Notes: generated by a model from the sequence alone, not told the origin. Positions 1-10,706 are shown, numbered from the stretch's first letter. The stretch: DNA of 64,000 bases from Chloroflexota bacterium (GCA_003141245.1 PLLE01000043.1:36542-100541); one strand, 5' to 3'. A program made the numbers and translations.

Positions 1-73
1 AGGATCGCCGGATCGGCTGGCGTCGAACCTGCGTCCCGGGGCGGCGGACTGGCAGGTGTCGTCTCATTGGCAT
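1..73 (-). CDS. 5' end of a gene running off the window edge; possibly FtsQ/DivIB by synteny
   Basis: ATG at 73 (or 67) opens MPMRRHLPVRRPGTQVRRQPIRRS..., a basic N-terminal tail directly downstream of ddl, the usual ftsQ position. No diagnostic domain is visible. Confidence 0.35.
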   Translation of the reverse strand, partial: MPMRRHLPVRRPGTQVRRQPIRRS

Positions 74-104
74 CCGATCTGACCTCGGCGGCTTTCGGCG
101 GCGT

Positions 105-1322
105 TCAGCGCGGCAGGTCGGCGATCGTCAGGCGGCTGCGCACGCGAGTCGCCTGACGGGCCTCGGCCAGCTCCACGATCCGGCGGCAGACGGCCGCGAA
201 GCTGCCCAGCCCCGTCGCCGCCATCTGCGGGAAGAGGCTGATCGGGGTGAAGCCGGGGATCGTGTTGATCTCGTTGAGGTAGAGCTCGTCGCCGGCGAGC
301 AAGAAGTCGACTCGCGCGAACCCCTCGCAGCCGACCGCCCGGTAGGCCTGCCGTGCGATCTGCCGGATCTTCTGCGCCAGGACTTCGGGGATCTCAGCTC
401 GCGGCGTCGTCTCGGAGACGCCGTCGCTGTATTTGGCTACGTAATCGTAGAACTCGCGGCCGGGGAAGATCTCGCCCGGCCCGAAAGCATCGAGCGCGTC
501 CGGATCGTTACCGACAACGGCTACCTCGATCTCGCGCGGGTGGTCGAGGTAGCGCTCGACGATCGCCAGGCTATCGAAGCGGAAGGCCTGATCCAGGGCG
601 CGTCCGCGTTCGGCCGGGGTGTGGGCGATCGACATTCCCACCGACGACCCCATCCGAGCGGGCTTGACCATGAGCCGCCGTTCGTTGCAGTGCTCGGAGA
701 AAGTCGCGACCTCGTCCAGGACCCGCCGGCGATCTGCGGTCCAGCGCGCGGACGTGACCTCGACCCATTCCACGACCGGGATGCCGAGGCCGCGGACCAG
801 GCGCTTGTACAGAGCCTTGTCCATCCCGACAGCCGAGGCGGCCACCCCCGCACCGACATACGGCAGGTCGTACGCCTCGAGCAACGCCTGGACCGTGCCG
901 TCCTCGCCGAATGGACCGTGCAGCGCCGGGAAGACGATCGGGGCGACGGGGCGGGAGGCGATGCGATCGAGGGCCTGACCGGGCAGCCAGGGCCCCTCGG
1001 CACCGACGCCGGCGGGGTCGTCGAAAGTGCCGGGGCGTGGCCGGCCGGAGGCGGCCGTCGACGGAACCCGCCACCAACCCCCCGATAGGTCGATGAAGAT
1101 CCGCTCCACGGCGTAGCCCGATTCGGTCAGCGAATCGGCGATCGCCCAACCCGAAACGACCGAGACGTCGTGCTCGGCCGAGGGGCCGCCGAACAGCACG
1201 ACGACTGCCTTTCCATGGTCGCGTCGCGGTTCCGTGGCACGCGATTCCATGGCACGCGGTTCGGCGGCGCGGCGGGCGTCCGTCGGAGCCGCGTTCCTCG
1301 GGTCGGTCACGTCGCCTCTCAT
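105..1322 (-). CDS. ddl: D-alanine--D-alanine ligase
   Basis: Motifs GGPSAEHDVS, LHGPFGEDGTVQ, VKPARMGSSVG, EINTIPGFT..SLFP. Start placed at ATG 1322, which overlaps the murB stop (ATGA). Confidence 0.95.
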   Translation of the reverse strand: MRGDVTDPRNAAPTDARRAAEPRAMESRATEPRRDHGKAVVVLFGGPSAEHDVSVVSGWAIADSLTESGYAVERIFIDLSGGWWRVPSTAASGRPRPGTFDDPAGVGAEGPWLPGQALDRIASRPVAPIVFPALHGPFGEDGTVQALLEAYDLPYVGAGVAASAVGMDKALYKRLVRGLGIPVVEWVEVTSARWTADRRRVLDEVATFSEHCNERRLMVKPARMGSSVGMSIAHTPAERGRALDQAFRFDSLAIVERYLDHPREIEVAVVGNDPDALDAFGPGEIFPGREFYDYVAKYSDGVSETTPRAEIPEVLAQKIRQIARQAYRAVGCEGFARVDFLLAGDELYLNEINTIPGFTPISLFPQMAATGLGSFAAVCRRIVELAEARQATRVRSRLTIADLPR

Positions 1323-2302
1323 CTCTCCTCCTGCCCCCAGTTGGACCAATCCCCCACGAACTTGACCTCGTACACCAGCTCGATTCCGAACCGCCGAGCG
1401 ACCTCCGCGCGGGCCATCTCGGCCAGGTGGCGCACGTCGGCAGCGGATCCCTGCCGGTCGTTGACGATGAAGTTGGCGTGCATTTCGCTGATTGCGGCGC
1501 CACCCACCCGTGTCATCTTGAGCCGGCAGGCGTCGATCAGCCGGCCCGCGGAGTCGCCCGGGGGGTTGCGGAAGACGCTGCCGGCGCTGGGCAGGTTGAT
1601 CGGCTGATGCTCCTGCCGCCAGCGTCGGATCTCGTCGAGGCGGCCCTTGATCTCGGCCGGATTGGCCGGCGTGAGACGGAAGGTCGCCTGGAGCACGACC
1701 TCGGCGGGCCCACCCGACGCGACGCTCCCCTGCCCGATCAGCTTCAGACGGCTGTCGCGGTAGACGAGTGCGAGCGCGGCGGCCGGTTCGTCGGCCACGA
1801 CTCCGTCGGCGCGCAGTATCAGGGCCGACTCGAGAATCCCAGCCATGTCCGAGCCGTGGGCGCCGGCGTTGGCCCAGACCGCTCCGCCGACGGTGCCCGG
1901 GATCGCCAGTCCGAACTCCAGGCCGCTCAGGCCTGCGCGCTGGGCCACCGTCGCCGCGCGAGCGAGCGGCAGGCCGGCCTCCGCGATCAGCCGCTCACCC
2001 TGAATGCTGTGACCCTCCGCCCGGCAGAGGACGACGAGTCCGCGGACGCCGGCGTCGCTCACGACCAAGTCGCTGCCGCGGCCGACGACGAGGTGCGGAA
2101 TCGCCGCCTCGCGGGCAAACCGGACGAGAGCGGAGAGCTGCCCGACGTCGTGGGCGGTGGCGAGAAGGTCGGCCGGACCGCCGACGCGCATCGTCGTGTG
2201 GCGGGCCATCGGCTCGTCGCGGTGCGGCCTGACGCCGACGACACGGGCGATCTCCGCGGCCAGGGCCGCCCAATCGACCGGCAAAGCCGTCGCCCCGGTC
2301 AC
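1319..2302 (-). CDS. murB: UDP-N-acetylenolpyruvoylglucosamine reductase
   Basis: HTTMRVGGPAD, IPGTVGGAVWANAGA, PSAGSVFRNP, HANFIVN; dcw context. Confidence 0.95.
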   Translation of the reverse strand: MTGATALPVDWAALAAEIARVVGVRPHRDEPMARHTTMRVGGPADLLATAHDVGQLSALVRFAREAAIPHLVVGRGSDLVVSDAGVRGLVVLCRAEGHSIQGERLIAEAGLPLARAATVAQRAGLSGLEFGLAIPGTVGGAVWANAGAHGSDMAGILESALILRADGVVADEPAAALALVYRDSRLKLIGQGSVASGGPAEVVLQATFRLTPANPAEIKGRLDEIRRWRQEHQPINLPSAGSVFRNPPGDSAGRLIDACRLKMTRVGGAAISEMHANFIVNDRQGSAADVRHLAEMARAEVARRFGIELVYEVKFVGDWSNWGQEER

Positions 2303-3450
2303 GAGGCCGCTCCCCGGGAAATCGCGTCGATCACACCCGGCTCCGGCAGGCCGCGTCGTTCCGCGGCCGCAAGCACCAGCTCCGCGACCGCGTCCGCGGC
2401 GCCGGGCCGTGCCAGTGAGCGGGCGGCCGCCGCCATAGCGGCGTGCTCGGCGGGGTTGTCGAGGATGGCGGCGGCCGCCAGCAGCGCCTCCGCATCGAAG
2501 GCCTCGTCCTCGACCAGCCGAGCGGCACCGGCCCGCACCATCTCCTCGGCGTTGCGGCGCTGATGCCCCGCGGCGTGCGGGTACGGAACCACGACCATCG
2601 GGAGCCCGAACGCGGCCACTTCCGCCAGCGTCGAGGAGCCGGCGCGGCCGACGACCAGGTCGGCGGCCGCCAGTGCGTCGGTCATCTCGCCGCGCAGGAA
2701 ACGCTCCGGGCGGTAGCGCTCGCGCAGCTCGGCCGGGAGTGCCTCGCGCCCGGCCACGGCCGCCTCATAGCCTTCGTCGCCGGTCACATGCAGGACTCGG
2801 ACCCGCGCGACCAGCCGCGGCAAACCCTCGGCCACCGCCCGGTTAAAGCGCCGCACCGCCTGCGATCCGCCGAAGACGAGCAGCAGCCGCTCGTTCGATC
2901 CGACGCCCATGTGCGCCCGGGCAGCGGCGCGATCGACGCCACGCGGGTCGCGGATCGGAGTCCCGGTCACGAAGCACGGCCGCTTCCGATCGAGAGCGCG
3001 GCACGTTTCCTCGAACGAGACTGCGAGGCAACGGGCAAGTCGAGCGGTCGATCGGACGCTCCGCCCCGGCACCACGTTGCCGTCCCACATCACCACCGGG
3101 ATGCGCAGCAAGGCCGCCCCAAGCAGGATCGGCACCGCCGCGTACCCGCCCGTCGTGAAGATGGCCGCGGGTCTGCGCGCGATCAGCATCGCCACCGCCT
3201 GCGGCACCGACAGGCACAGACGGATCGGATCGAGCAGGGCGTGGACGTCGAGGTCGACGGTCCGGAGCGAGCGCAGCGCCAGGCGCCGGAGTGGGATTCC
3301 CGTCTCCGGAACGACCTGCGACTCCAGGCCGCGGTGGCCGCCGACCCAGGCCAGCTCAGACGCGGCCGGTCGAGCCTGCAGCGATCGAGCGACGGCGAGA
3401 GCCGGGTAGATATGTCCTCCCGTACCCCCGCCCGCTATCAGCAGACGCAT
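2299..3450 (-). CDS. murG: Lipid II GlcNAc transferase
   Basis: GGGTGGHIYP, FGGSQA, RAGSSTLAE, HQRRNA. Confidence 0.95.
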   Translation of the reverse strand: MRLLIAGGGTGGHIYPALAVARSLQARPAASELAWVGGHRGLESQVVPETGIPLRRLALRSLRTVDLDVHALLDPIRLCLSVPQAVAMLIARRPAAIFTTGGYAAVPILLGAALLRIPVVMWDGNVVPGRSVRSTARLARCLAVSFEETCRALDRKRPCFVTGTPIRDPRGVDRAAARAHMGVGSNERLLLVFGGSQAVRRFNRAVAEGLPRLVARVRVLHVTGDEGYEAAVAGREALPAELRERYRPERFLRGEMTDALAAADLVVGRAGSSTLAEVAAFGLPMVVVPYPHAAGHQRRNAEEMVRAGAARLVEDEAFDAEALLAAAAILDNPAEHAAMAAAARSLARPGAADAVAELVLAAAERRGLPEPGVIDAISRGAAS

Positions 3451-4699
3451 TGACCCAACCTCGCTCTGCGGTTTCCCGCGAGATGGATAGCAGAATCCCG
3501 ACGGCCGCGAAACTCACGACGAGCGACGAGCCGCCCTGGGACACGAACGGCAGGGTGATGCCGGTCACCGGAACCAGCGCCAGGACGACGCTGATGTTGA
3601 TGATGGCCTGGAAACAGATCCAGGCCGTGATCCCGGCCGCCAGAAGTCCGCCAAAGGTGTCGGGCGCATGAAGCGCGGTTCGAATCCCTGCCCAGGCGAG
3701 GGCGACGAAGAGGCCGATGACGACCATGCCACCGACGAAACCCAGTTCCTGCCCGATGACGGAGAAGATGAAGTCGTTCCAGTCGTTAGGGACGATGACC
3801 CGATCGTTGCCCAGGCCGGTGCCGAGTAGCCCGCCAGCCGCCAGAGCCTCGAGGCCCTTGATCGTGTGATAGCCGGTGTTGCTCGGATCCGACCAGGGAT
3901 CCAGGAAGACCTGGATGCGTTGCAACGGGTAGGCGCCAACCGTCATGACGAGGAAGGCGGCGCCTGCGATCCCTCCGGCCATGGCCATGCCCAGATGAAG
4001 GAGGCTGGCTCCGGCAACGAAGAAGAGGACGAGGGCGATCAGCACGATGACGGTGGTGGTCCCGAGGTCGGGCTCGCGCGCCACGAGCACGACAAACGGG
4101 AGGACGATGATCCAGAACGGAACGGTCCCGTGAAAGAAGCTCTTGATGCGAGTGCCCCTCGTCGCCAGCCAGTGGGCCATATAGACCACCAGGGCAAGCT
4201 TCGCCACCTCCGACGGGTGGATCTCGAAGAACGGCCCGAGCCTGATCCAACGCGCCGAGCCGTTGCGGATGACGCCGAACATCGGGAGCAGCACGATGAC
4301 CAGGAGCGCGATGGCGATCACCGCGAGGAAGACACTCGCTTTGCGTAAGTAGCGGTAGTCGACCCGAGTCAGGATGATCATCACGATGAGGCCGGCAAGC
4401 CCCGCCGCGATTTGCGGCGCGACCATCTGGAAGGTGTTCCGGCTGGCGCTGTACGAGTCGATTGCCGAGGCCGAGTAGACCATCAGAATCCCGATTGCCG
4501 CCAGAGCTACGACGGCGACTACGATCACCCAGTCGGGGTCGTGGAGCTCGCGCTTGGGTCCGCCATTGGCGCCGATCGAGGACGGTCGGACGGCAGGCGG
4601 TCGCCCGACCGATCTGGTCGGGCCGGTGATGCGGCTGACGCGCTCCAGCTCGACCGGCTCACGCGAGCGGCGTGCATAGCCCTGCCCGAAGTCCGTCAT
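3356..4699 (-). CDS. ftsW: SEDS peptidoglycan glycosyltransferase FtsW
   Basis: About 10 TM segments; NGSARWI, HPSEVAK, EPDLGT, TGITLPFVSQGGSS; lies between murD and murG. Confidence 0.93.
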   Translation of the reverse strand: MTDFGQGYARRSREPVELERVSRITGPTRSVGRPPAVRPSSIGANGGPKRELHDPDWVIVVAVVALAAIGILMVYSASAIDSYSASRNTFQMVAPQIAAGLAGLIVMIILTRVDYRYLRKASVFLAVIAIALLVIVLLPMFGVIRNGSARWIRLGPFFEIHPSEVAKLALVVYMAHWLATRGTRIKSFFHGTVPFWIIVLPFVVLVAREPDLGTTTVIVLIALVLFFVAGASLLHLGMAMAGGIAGAAFLVMTVGAYPLQRIQVFLDPWSDPSNTGYHTIKGLEALAAGGLLGTGLGNDRVIVPNDWNDFIFSVIGQELGFVGGMVVIGLFVALAWAGIRTALHAPDTFGGLLAAGITAWICFQAIINISVVLALVPVTGITLPFVSQGGSSLVVSFAAVGILLSISRETAERGWVNASADSGRGYGRTYLPGSRRRSIAAGSTGRV

Positions 4700-6297
4700 C
4701 GCCTCGCCCTCGCCGCCGCGCGGCGTTTGGCCATCGCGGCCGCCGCGGCCCTGAAGGCGGCACCTCGGGCGGCGTAGTCGACGAACATGTCGAAGCTGGC
4801 CGCGGCCGGGCTCAGCAGGACCGTGGCGACGGCCGGCTCCGCCGCGTCGGCCGATCGCGCGTTGGCCGACCGCGCGTTGGCCGCCAGCAATTCCGCGAGC
4901 GCCTCGCGGGCGATCGTGTCGGCCAGCTCCACGGCCTCCTCCAACGTAGCCGCCTGCTCGACGCGCATGACGCCGCTGTCACGGAAGAGGGTCGCGAGCG
5001 CGGGACCGGACTCGCCGATCAGGACGGCCGCATCGGCTCGCTCGGCGGCCACCGGGCCCAGGCCGGAGAGATCGACGCCCTTGTCGCGGCCCCCGGCGAT
5101 CAGCACCAGCGGCCGCGGGAAGGCCTGCAGGGCCGCGATCACCGCGTCGGGCTGCGTCCCCTGCGAGTCGTTGATGAAGCGCACTCCGTCGACGGTCGCG
5201 ACCGGCTCGAGTCGGTGCTCGACGCCGACGAAGGCGGCAGCGGCACGGCGGATGGCGTCCGGCGAGATGCCGAACAGCAGCGCGACCGCGACGGCGGCAA
5301 GGGCATTGGAGACGTTGTGATCGCCGGGGATCGCGAGCTCCGCCAGGGGCAGGATCCGGCCGCCCGGCCCCACCTCCGCCGCACCGCCGCCGGCCAGGGC
5401 CAGCCGCTCCACGCCCGCAGCCACGATCCAGCCATCCTCCACGCCCAGACCGCCTGGTAGCGGCCGGTCGCGCCGATATGCCACGACCGGAGCCACTCCC
5501 AATGCCCCGTACGCGGCCACGATCGGGTCCTCCGCGTTCAGGACGAGCGCTCCCGCCGGATCGACAAGTTCAGCCAGGCGCCGCTTCACTGCCCGGTACG
5601 CCTCGAGCGTCCCGTGGCGGTCCAGGTGATCGGAGGTGACGTTTGTGTAGACGGCGACCGTCGTCCCGTGCGAGAGCGTCGGCAGCTGCAGCTCGGAGAG
5701 CTCGATGACGACCCGATCTTCGGGCGTCAGCTCGGTCAGCCGCTCCACGAGTGGGATCCCGACGTTGCCGCCCAGGATAGCGGGGTGGGCCGGATCGGCG
5801 GCCAGCAGCGCCGCCGTCAGCGACGAGGTCGTGGTCTTGCCCTTGGTCCCGGTGACGCCGATCGTCGGGCAGGGGCACATTCGCAGCACCAGATCGGGCT
5901 CGCTGACCAGGGCGGGCGCGCTCCCGGGATCGACTCGATGGGCCGCCACCAGCGCGGCCAGCGCGGCCCGAAGGCGAGGTTCGGCCGTGGGGAAGTCGGG
6001 GTTGATGCTCGGCGAAGTCGCCACCAGGTCGGCCGATGCCCACGCGCTCGCCGGGTCGACCGCCGGCCCCAGGGCCAGCTCGATCGGCCGGCCGCCAAGG
6101 GCCGCGATCGCCTGCGCGAGCTCGCCCGCGGATCGGCCGTCGTAGATCGTCACGCGTGCGCCCGCGTCGGCGAAGAAGCGCGCCATCGCGATCCCGCTTC
6201 GCGCCAGGCCTAGGACGGTGACCGACCGTCCGCCGAGCGCGCCGTCGCGGACTCCCGCCGCGGTCAGCCGGTCGAGTTCGACGATGCGTCGCACCAT
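4696..6297 (-). CDS. murD: UDP-MurNAc-L-Ala--D-glutamate ligase
   Basis: GLARSG, VTGTKGKTTT, HLDRH, EHRLE, NDSQGT, LSPAAASFDMF. Confidence 0.95.
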   Translation of the reverse strand: MVRRIVELDRLTAAGVRDGALGGRSVTVLGLARSGIAMARFFADAGARVTIYDGRSAGELAQAIAALGGRPIELALGPAVDPASAWASADLVATSPSINPDFPTAEPRLRAALAALVAAHRVDPGSAPALVSEPDLVLRMCPCPTIGVTGTKGKTTTSSLTAALLAADPAHPAILGGNVGIPLVERLTELTPEDRVVIELSELQLPTLSHGTTVAVYTNVTSDHLDRHGTLEAYRAVKRRLAELVDPAGALVLNAEDPIVAAYGALGVAPVVAYRRDRPLPGGLGVEDGWIVAAGVERLALAGGGAAEVGPGGRILPLAELAIPGDHNVSNALAAVAVALLFGISPDAIRRAAAAFVGVEHRLEPVATVDGVRFINDSQGTQPDAVIAALQAFPRPLVLIAGGRDKGVDLSGLGPVAAERADAAVLIGESGPALATLFRDSGVMRVEQAATLEEAVELADTIAREALAELLAANARSANARSADAAEPAVATVLLSPAAASFDMFVDYAARGAAFRAAAAAMAKRRAAARARR

Positions 6298-6304
6298 GGC
6301 CGAC

Positions 6305-7327
6305 CTACTTCGGGATCGAGGAGACGAAGAGCGTCACCCCGAGCAATCCCGCCAGCGCGCTGACGATCCAGAACCGCATCGTCACCTTCTCCTCGTCCCA
6401 GCCGCCCAGCTCGAAGTGATGGTGAAGCGGGGCCATCCGGAAGACCCGCTTGCCGCGGAGCTTGTAGCTGCCGACCTGGATGATGTCGGACGCGGTCTCG
6501 ATCACGAAGATCAGGCCGATGAAGGGCAGGATCATCACCTGGCCGGTGATGAGCGCCACCACGGCCAGCATTCCGCCCAACGAGAGCGCGCCCGAGTCCC
6601 CCATGAAGACCTGGGCGGGGTGGACGTTGAACCACAGGAAGCCGACAATCGCGCCGACGACGATGGCGCACACCAGCGCCAGATTTGGCTGCCCGGGATC
6701 GTTGAGCAGGGCGATCATCAGGTAGCTGATGAAGGCAAAGGCGAGCGTGCCGCCGGCCAGCCCGTCGAGTCCGTCGGTCAGGTTCACGCCGTTGCTGCAG
6801 CCGACGATCGCCGCCACGGCGACGACGATGAAGAAGATCCCGCCCAGTTCCACGTTCCGATCGAGGAGCGGCACGAAGATCGTCGAGGTGAACTCGACGT
6901 CGCCGACGAACGGGACGCGGACGCCGTTGAAGCCGAAGTGGTTCTGGACGTAGATGGCCACGCCGATCGCAACGACCGTCTGCCAGACGATCTTGTGGCG
7001 GCCCCGCAGGCCGTATCCGGTTCGGGCGTTGAGGAAGTCGTCCAGCGCACCGAGAGCGCCGACGAGCGCCAGCACGGCGAGCGGCGAGTAGGTCGAGGCA
7101 TCCATGGCGTCGAACAGATATGCCAGCGACAGGATCACGGCTACGAGGAGCACTCCGCCCATCGTCGGCGTTCCCTGCTTGACCAGGTGCGTCCCCGGCC
7201 CGTCCTCGCGGATCTTCTTGCCCATGCCGATCCAATGAAGCAGCCGGATGTACGGCGGCATCAGGATCACGACGCAGGCGAATGCGAGCAGCAATCCCTG
7301 AATGAACACGACCCCGTGCTCGTTCAA
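6305..7327 (-). CDS. mraY: Phospho-MurNAc-pentapeptide transferase
   Basis: KQGTPTMGG, NGVNLTDGLDGL, FMGDSG, FRMAPLHHHFEL. Confidence 0.96.
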   Translation of the reverse strand: MNEHGVVFIQGLLLAFACVVILMPPYIRLLHWIGMGKKIREDGPGTHLVKQGTPTMGGVLLVAVILSLAYLFDAMDASTYSPLAVLALVGALGALDDFLNARTGYGLRGRHKIVWQTVVAIGVAIYVQNHFGFNGVRVPFVGDVEFTSTIFVPLLDRNVELGGIFFIVVAVAAIVGCSNGVNLTDGLDGLAGGTLAFAFISYLMIALLNDPGQPNLALVCAIVVGAIVGFLWFNVHPAQVFMGDSGALSLGGMLAVVALITGQVMILPFIGLIFVIETASDIIQVGSYKLRGKRVFRMAPLHHHFELGGWDEEKVTMRFWIVSALAGLLGVTLFVSSIPK

Positions 7328-8859
7328 CGGTCGTCCTCCACGCCATCGGTCGCCGACAAGTCCAGTCCCGTGTCGGCGCCTGCCCTACCCCCGCGATCCC
7401 CCATCAGCCATTCGACTATCCACTCGAATTCGGCCCCGCGTGAGGCCTTGACCAGTACCACGTCGCCGGGCCGGAGAAGCTTGCGCAGAGCCGCCAGGGC
7501 GGCTTCGCGATCGGCCACCGGCACGACCGCCTCGCCCAGCGAGGCCGCCCCGGCCGCGATGCCGCTCGCTTCTTCGCCCACGACCACCACCACGTCGGCG
7601 AGACCGGCAGCTGCCGAGCCCACCGAGCGATGGCCTCGCTCGTGCGCCTCACCGAGCTCCCGCATGACCCCGAGAACCGCCACGTGGCGGCCCGGAAGCG
7701 ACGCCAGCAGCTCCAGCGCGGCGATCATCGACGTTGGAGAGGCATTGTACGAATCGTCGAGGACGGTCAGGCCGCCGGCGCGCACTATCTGGTCGCGGTG
7801 CGGGGCCTGCCAGCCGCGACGCAGGCCAGCCACGATGAGATCGAGATCCAGCCCCGCTGCCAGACCGACGGCCGCGGCTGCCAGCCCATTGTGGATGCCG
7901 TGCCGGCCCAGGGCCGGAGTGGACGCCGCGATCCGGCCGGTGGGAGAGACCAGCGTGAAGCTCATCCCGTCCAGACCGGCCGACACGACCTCCTCGGCAC
8001 GCACCTCGGCGTCCGCCGCGAAACCGTAGCTCAGGGTCCGGGCTGCGGTGCGACCTCGTATCCGCAGCACCCGCGGATCGTCGGCATTGAGGACCGCAAC
8101 CCCGTCCTCGGGAAGCGCCTCTACCAGCTCGGCCTTGGCCCGCTCCACCGCGTCGATCGAGCCGATGCGCGACAGATGGACCTCGCGCACGGCCGTGACG
8201 ACGCCTATCTTCGGCCGCGCTATCGCCGCCAGCTGCGCGACCTCGCCGCCTACGTACATTCCCATCTCCAGAACCACGGCCTCGTGCTCGGGACCCAAAC
8301 GCAGCACGGTCAGCGGCAGGCCGACTTCATTGTTGGCGTTGCCCTCGCTCTTGAGTGTCACGAAGCGTTCGGCCAGGACGGCGGCGATCGCTTCCTTGGT
8401 GGAGGTCTTGGCGATGCTGCCGGTCACGCCGACCACGAGCGGCGAGAAGCGAGCGCGCCACGCGGCGGCCACGGCATGCAGGCCCAGGAGCGTGTCAGGG
8501 ACGGCCACAATGGTGGGTCCGCCCTCCCCCGCCAGGTCGGCCGTTTCGCTGGGCAGGTCGTTCACGAGAAGGGCCGTCGCGCCGGCGTCGACGGCGGCTC
8601 GAAGGAAGCGGTGGCCGTCGGTTCGCTCCCCCCCCAGCGCCACGAAGAGGTTGCCTGGCCGAACCAGCCGTGAATCGACCGCGCCGCCGCGAATCTGTCG
8701 ATCGGAGGAATGCACCAGTCGGCCGCCTGTCGCGGCGGCAAGCTCGGCCGCGGTCAGGGTCAGTAGCCCCGCGCCGAGCCGAGGCTCCGGTTGGCGGGCG
8801 TCGGTCACCTTGTCAGTGTCGCACAGCCAACGGCGCTCGGTGCGGGACCCTCCCGTCAC
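7324..8859 (-). CDS. murF: UDP-MurNAc-tripeptide--D-Ala-D-Ala ligase
   Basis: DSR, VTGSIAKTSTKE, NNEVGLPLT, DDSYNASP, VLVKASRG. Start may be the GTG at 8808. Confidence 0.93.
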   Translation of the reverse strand: MTGGSRTERRWLCDTDKVTDARQPEPRLGAGLLTLTAAELAAATGGRLVHSSDRQIRGGAVDSRLVRPGNLFVALGGERTDGHRFLRAAVDAGATALLVNDLPSETADLAGEGGPTIVAVPDTLLGLHAVAAAWRARFSPLVVGVTGSIAKTSTKEAIAAVLAERFVTLKSEGNANNEVGLPLTVLRLGPEHEAVVLEMGMYVGGEVAQLAAIARPKIGVVTAVREVHLSRIGSIDAVERAKAELVEALPEDGVAVLNADDPRVLRIRGRTAARTLSYGFAADAEVRAEEVVSAGLDGMSFTLVSPTGRIAASTPALGRHGIHNGLAAAAVGLAAGLDLDLIVAGLRRGWQAPHRDQIVRAGGLTVLDDSYNASPTSMIAALELLASLPGRHVAVLGVMRELGEAHERGHRSVGSAAAGLADVVVVVGEEASGIAAGAASLGEAVVPVADREAALAALRKLLRPGDVVLVKASRGAEFEWIVEWLMGDRGGRAGADTGLDLSATDGVEDDR

Positions 8860-10694
8860 CCCTGTGGCGTCGATTTCTTGGTCCCGGGCGGCGCCGGGCC
8901 GTCGGGGTTGGGCACGATCGAATGGCTCGTGACGGCATCGGTCGCGATTCGGCGGAACAGCTCGTAGGACTGGACCGGCATGTCGAGCACACCCTGCTTG
9001 ATGACCGTCGGCGTGCCTTCATAGATCACAGCACCGATCACCAGTTCCGGCTTGCTGTGGCCCACCCAGCCGTAGAAGCTGTAGTTGTAGACGTCGACTT
9101 TCCAGCCGCCCTTGCCGCCGTCGAGGCCGGGGTCCCAGATCTGGGCAGTTCCGGTCTTCCCGCCGACGTAGTAGCCGGGGATGTAGGTGCGCTGCGCGTA
9201 GGACGGCACCGCGGTCAGGACATACCCCATCAAGCCAGTCAGGGTGCTCGACAGGCTGGCGCTGATCACGCGCGTGTCGGTCAGGGCGGCGGTCGCACTC
9301 TCGCCCACCTTCGCGTCCACGAGCATCACGTGTGGCGTGACGAGGGTTCCACCGTTCGCCATCGCCGCGTACGCACGCGTCAGCTGCATCGGGGTGACCG
9401 CGACGCCCTGGCCGAACGAGGCGTTGGCGAGGTCGATCTGGCGCCACGGCTCGGCTGTGGGGTCGCGGGCGATGCCGGACGCCTCGCCGGCGAGGTCGAT
9501 GCCGGTCTTCTGGCCGATCCCGTAGCTCTGCCAGGTCTGATACAGAACCTTTGAAGCGGCGTCGGTGTTCTTGCCGAGCCGGAAGGCAGCCTGTGAGACA
9601 CCGACGTTGCGTGACCAGGCCACCATGTAGGCGAAGGTCCTCCAGCCCTTGGCCTTGCGGTCGGCATCGGCGACCTCCTGGCCGCCGGCCAGCTTGAGGA
9701 TGCCGTAGTCGTTGATCTGGGTCGTCAGCGCCGTCGTCTTTGATTGCAGTGCGGCCGAGGCGGTGAGCATCTTGAAGACCGACCCGGGTTCGTAAACCTT
9801 GCTGATGATCGGGTCCGTGAACAGGCCCGGGTCCTCGTTGGCGACCGCCACGTAGGAGTTGGCGTCGTACGACGGGTAGCTCGCCTGTGCGAGGATCTCG
9901 CCGGTCTTTGGATCCATGACCACGGCCGAGACGGTCTTTGCCCTGTCAGCGACCCATGCGGCGAACACCTCCTGCTCGAGCTCGAGCTGGAGGCCGGCGT
10001 CGATCGTGGTCCGGATGTCCTGACCGACGGACCCAGGATCGACGATCTTGGTGCCGGCGGGTCCGAGCACGGTAGGATCGATCTGGACGATCTCGGGGCG
10101 TCCGGCCAGCACCGTGTCGTACTGCTGCTCGAGACCGTACTGCCCGATCCCGGCAGCATTGACGAAGCCGAGCACATGCGCCGCCAGCGACGTTCGGGGC
10201 GCGCCTCCGGCTTGGGGATAGATGCGAACCGGCTCCTGCTCGAAGGTGATGCCGACCAGCCCGCCCTGGCTCTGCTGCGTGAGCATTTCCTGGACGACAT
10301 CGGCATCCACGTCGGTGGCGAGCACGATGTAGTACGCGTCCGTGGCCATTGCCTTGCGGAGTTTGGCGGCGTCTTCGTCGCTCAGGGACAGGTAGTCGAT
10401 CAGGGCGGCGATGGTCCGCGCGCTGTCGGTCGCAGAGAGGTCGTGCGGGTCGCCGACGATACGGTAGCGACAGATGGTCCGGGCAAGAACGATCGTCCCG
10501 GTGCGGTCGTAGATGGCGCCGCGCAGGGCCGGGATGCTCTTCTGATAGGTCGAGTTCTGGGCGGACATGGCCGTGAGTTGCTGGCGTTGCCCGATCTGCC
10601 AGTAGGCAAGACGCATCGCCATGCCGGTCGAGGCGAGGAACACGACGAGCAGGAGCAGGAGGAGGCGGACTCGCGAATCGGTTCGGACGAGCAT
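8856..10694 (-). CDS. ftsI: Class B penicillin-binding protein (FtsI-like)
   Basis: N-terminal TM; RGAIYDR; catalytic motifs SVFK, SRN, KTGTAQ; dcw position. Confidence 0.9.
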   Translation of the reverse strand: MLVRTDSRVRLLLLLLVVFLASTGMAMRLAYWQIGQRQQLTAMSAQNSTYQKSIPALRGAIYDRTGTIVLARTICRYRIVGDPHDLSATDSARTIAALIDYLSLSDEDAAKLRKAMATDAYYIVLATDVDADVVQEMLTQQSQGGLVGITFEQEPVRIYPQAGGAPRTSLAAHVLGFVNAAGIGQYGLEQQYDTVLAGRPEIVQIDPTVLGPAGTKIVDPGSVGQDIRTTIDAGLQLELEQEVFAAWVADRAKTVSAVVMDPKTGEILAQASYPSYDANSYVAVANEDPGLFTDPIISKVYEPGSVFKMLTASAALQSKTTALTTQINDYGILKLAGGQEVADADRKAKGWRTFAYMVAWSRNVGVSQAAFRLGKNTDAASKVLYQTWQSYGIGQKTGIDLAGEASGIARDPTAEPWRQIDLANASFGQGVAVTPMQLTRAYAAMANGGTLVTPHVMLVDAKVGESATAALTDTRVISASLSSTLTGLMGYVLTAVPSYAQRTYIPGYYVGGKTGTAQIWDPGLDGGKGGWKVDVYNYSFYGWVGHSKPELVIGAVIYEGTPTVIKQGVLDMPVQSYELFRRIATDAVTSHSIVPNPDGPAPPGTKKSTPQG

Positions 10695-10706
10695 CGGTCC
10701 GGCGTC

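Noticed and set aside
1220-1270. Short in-frame duplications in ddl (15 bp), murD (about 4850-4882) and IMPase (about 55715-55750)
   Set aside because: Slippage duplications in low-complexity termini or loops; frames are preserved and there is no sign of a system.
3356-3450. 95-nt ftsW/murG overlap as a frameshift or fusion
   Set aside because: Both genes are complete; the ftsW tail is a low-complexity run-on.
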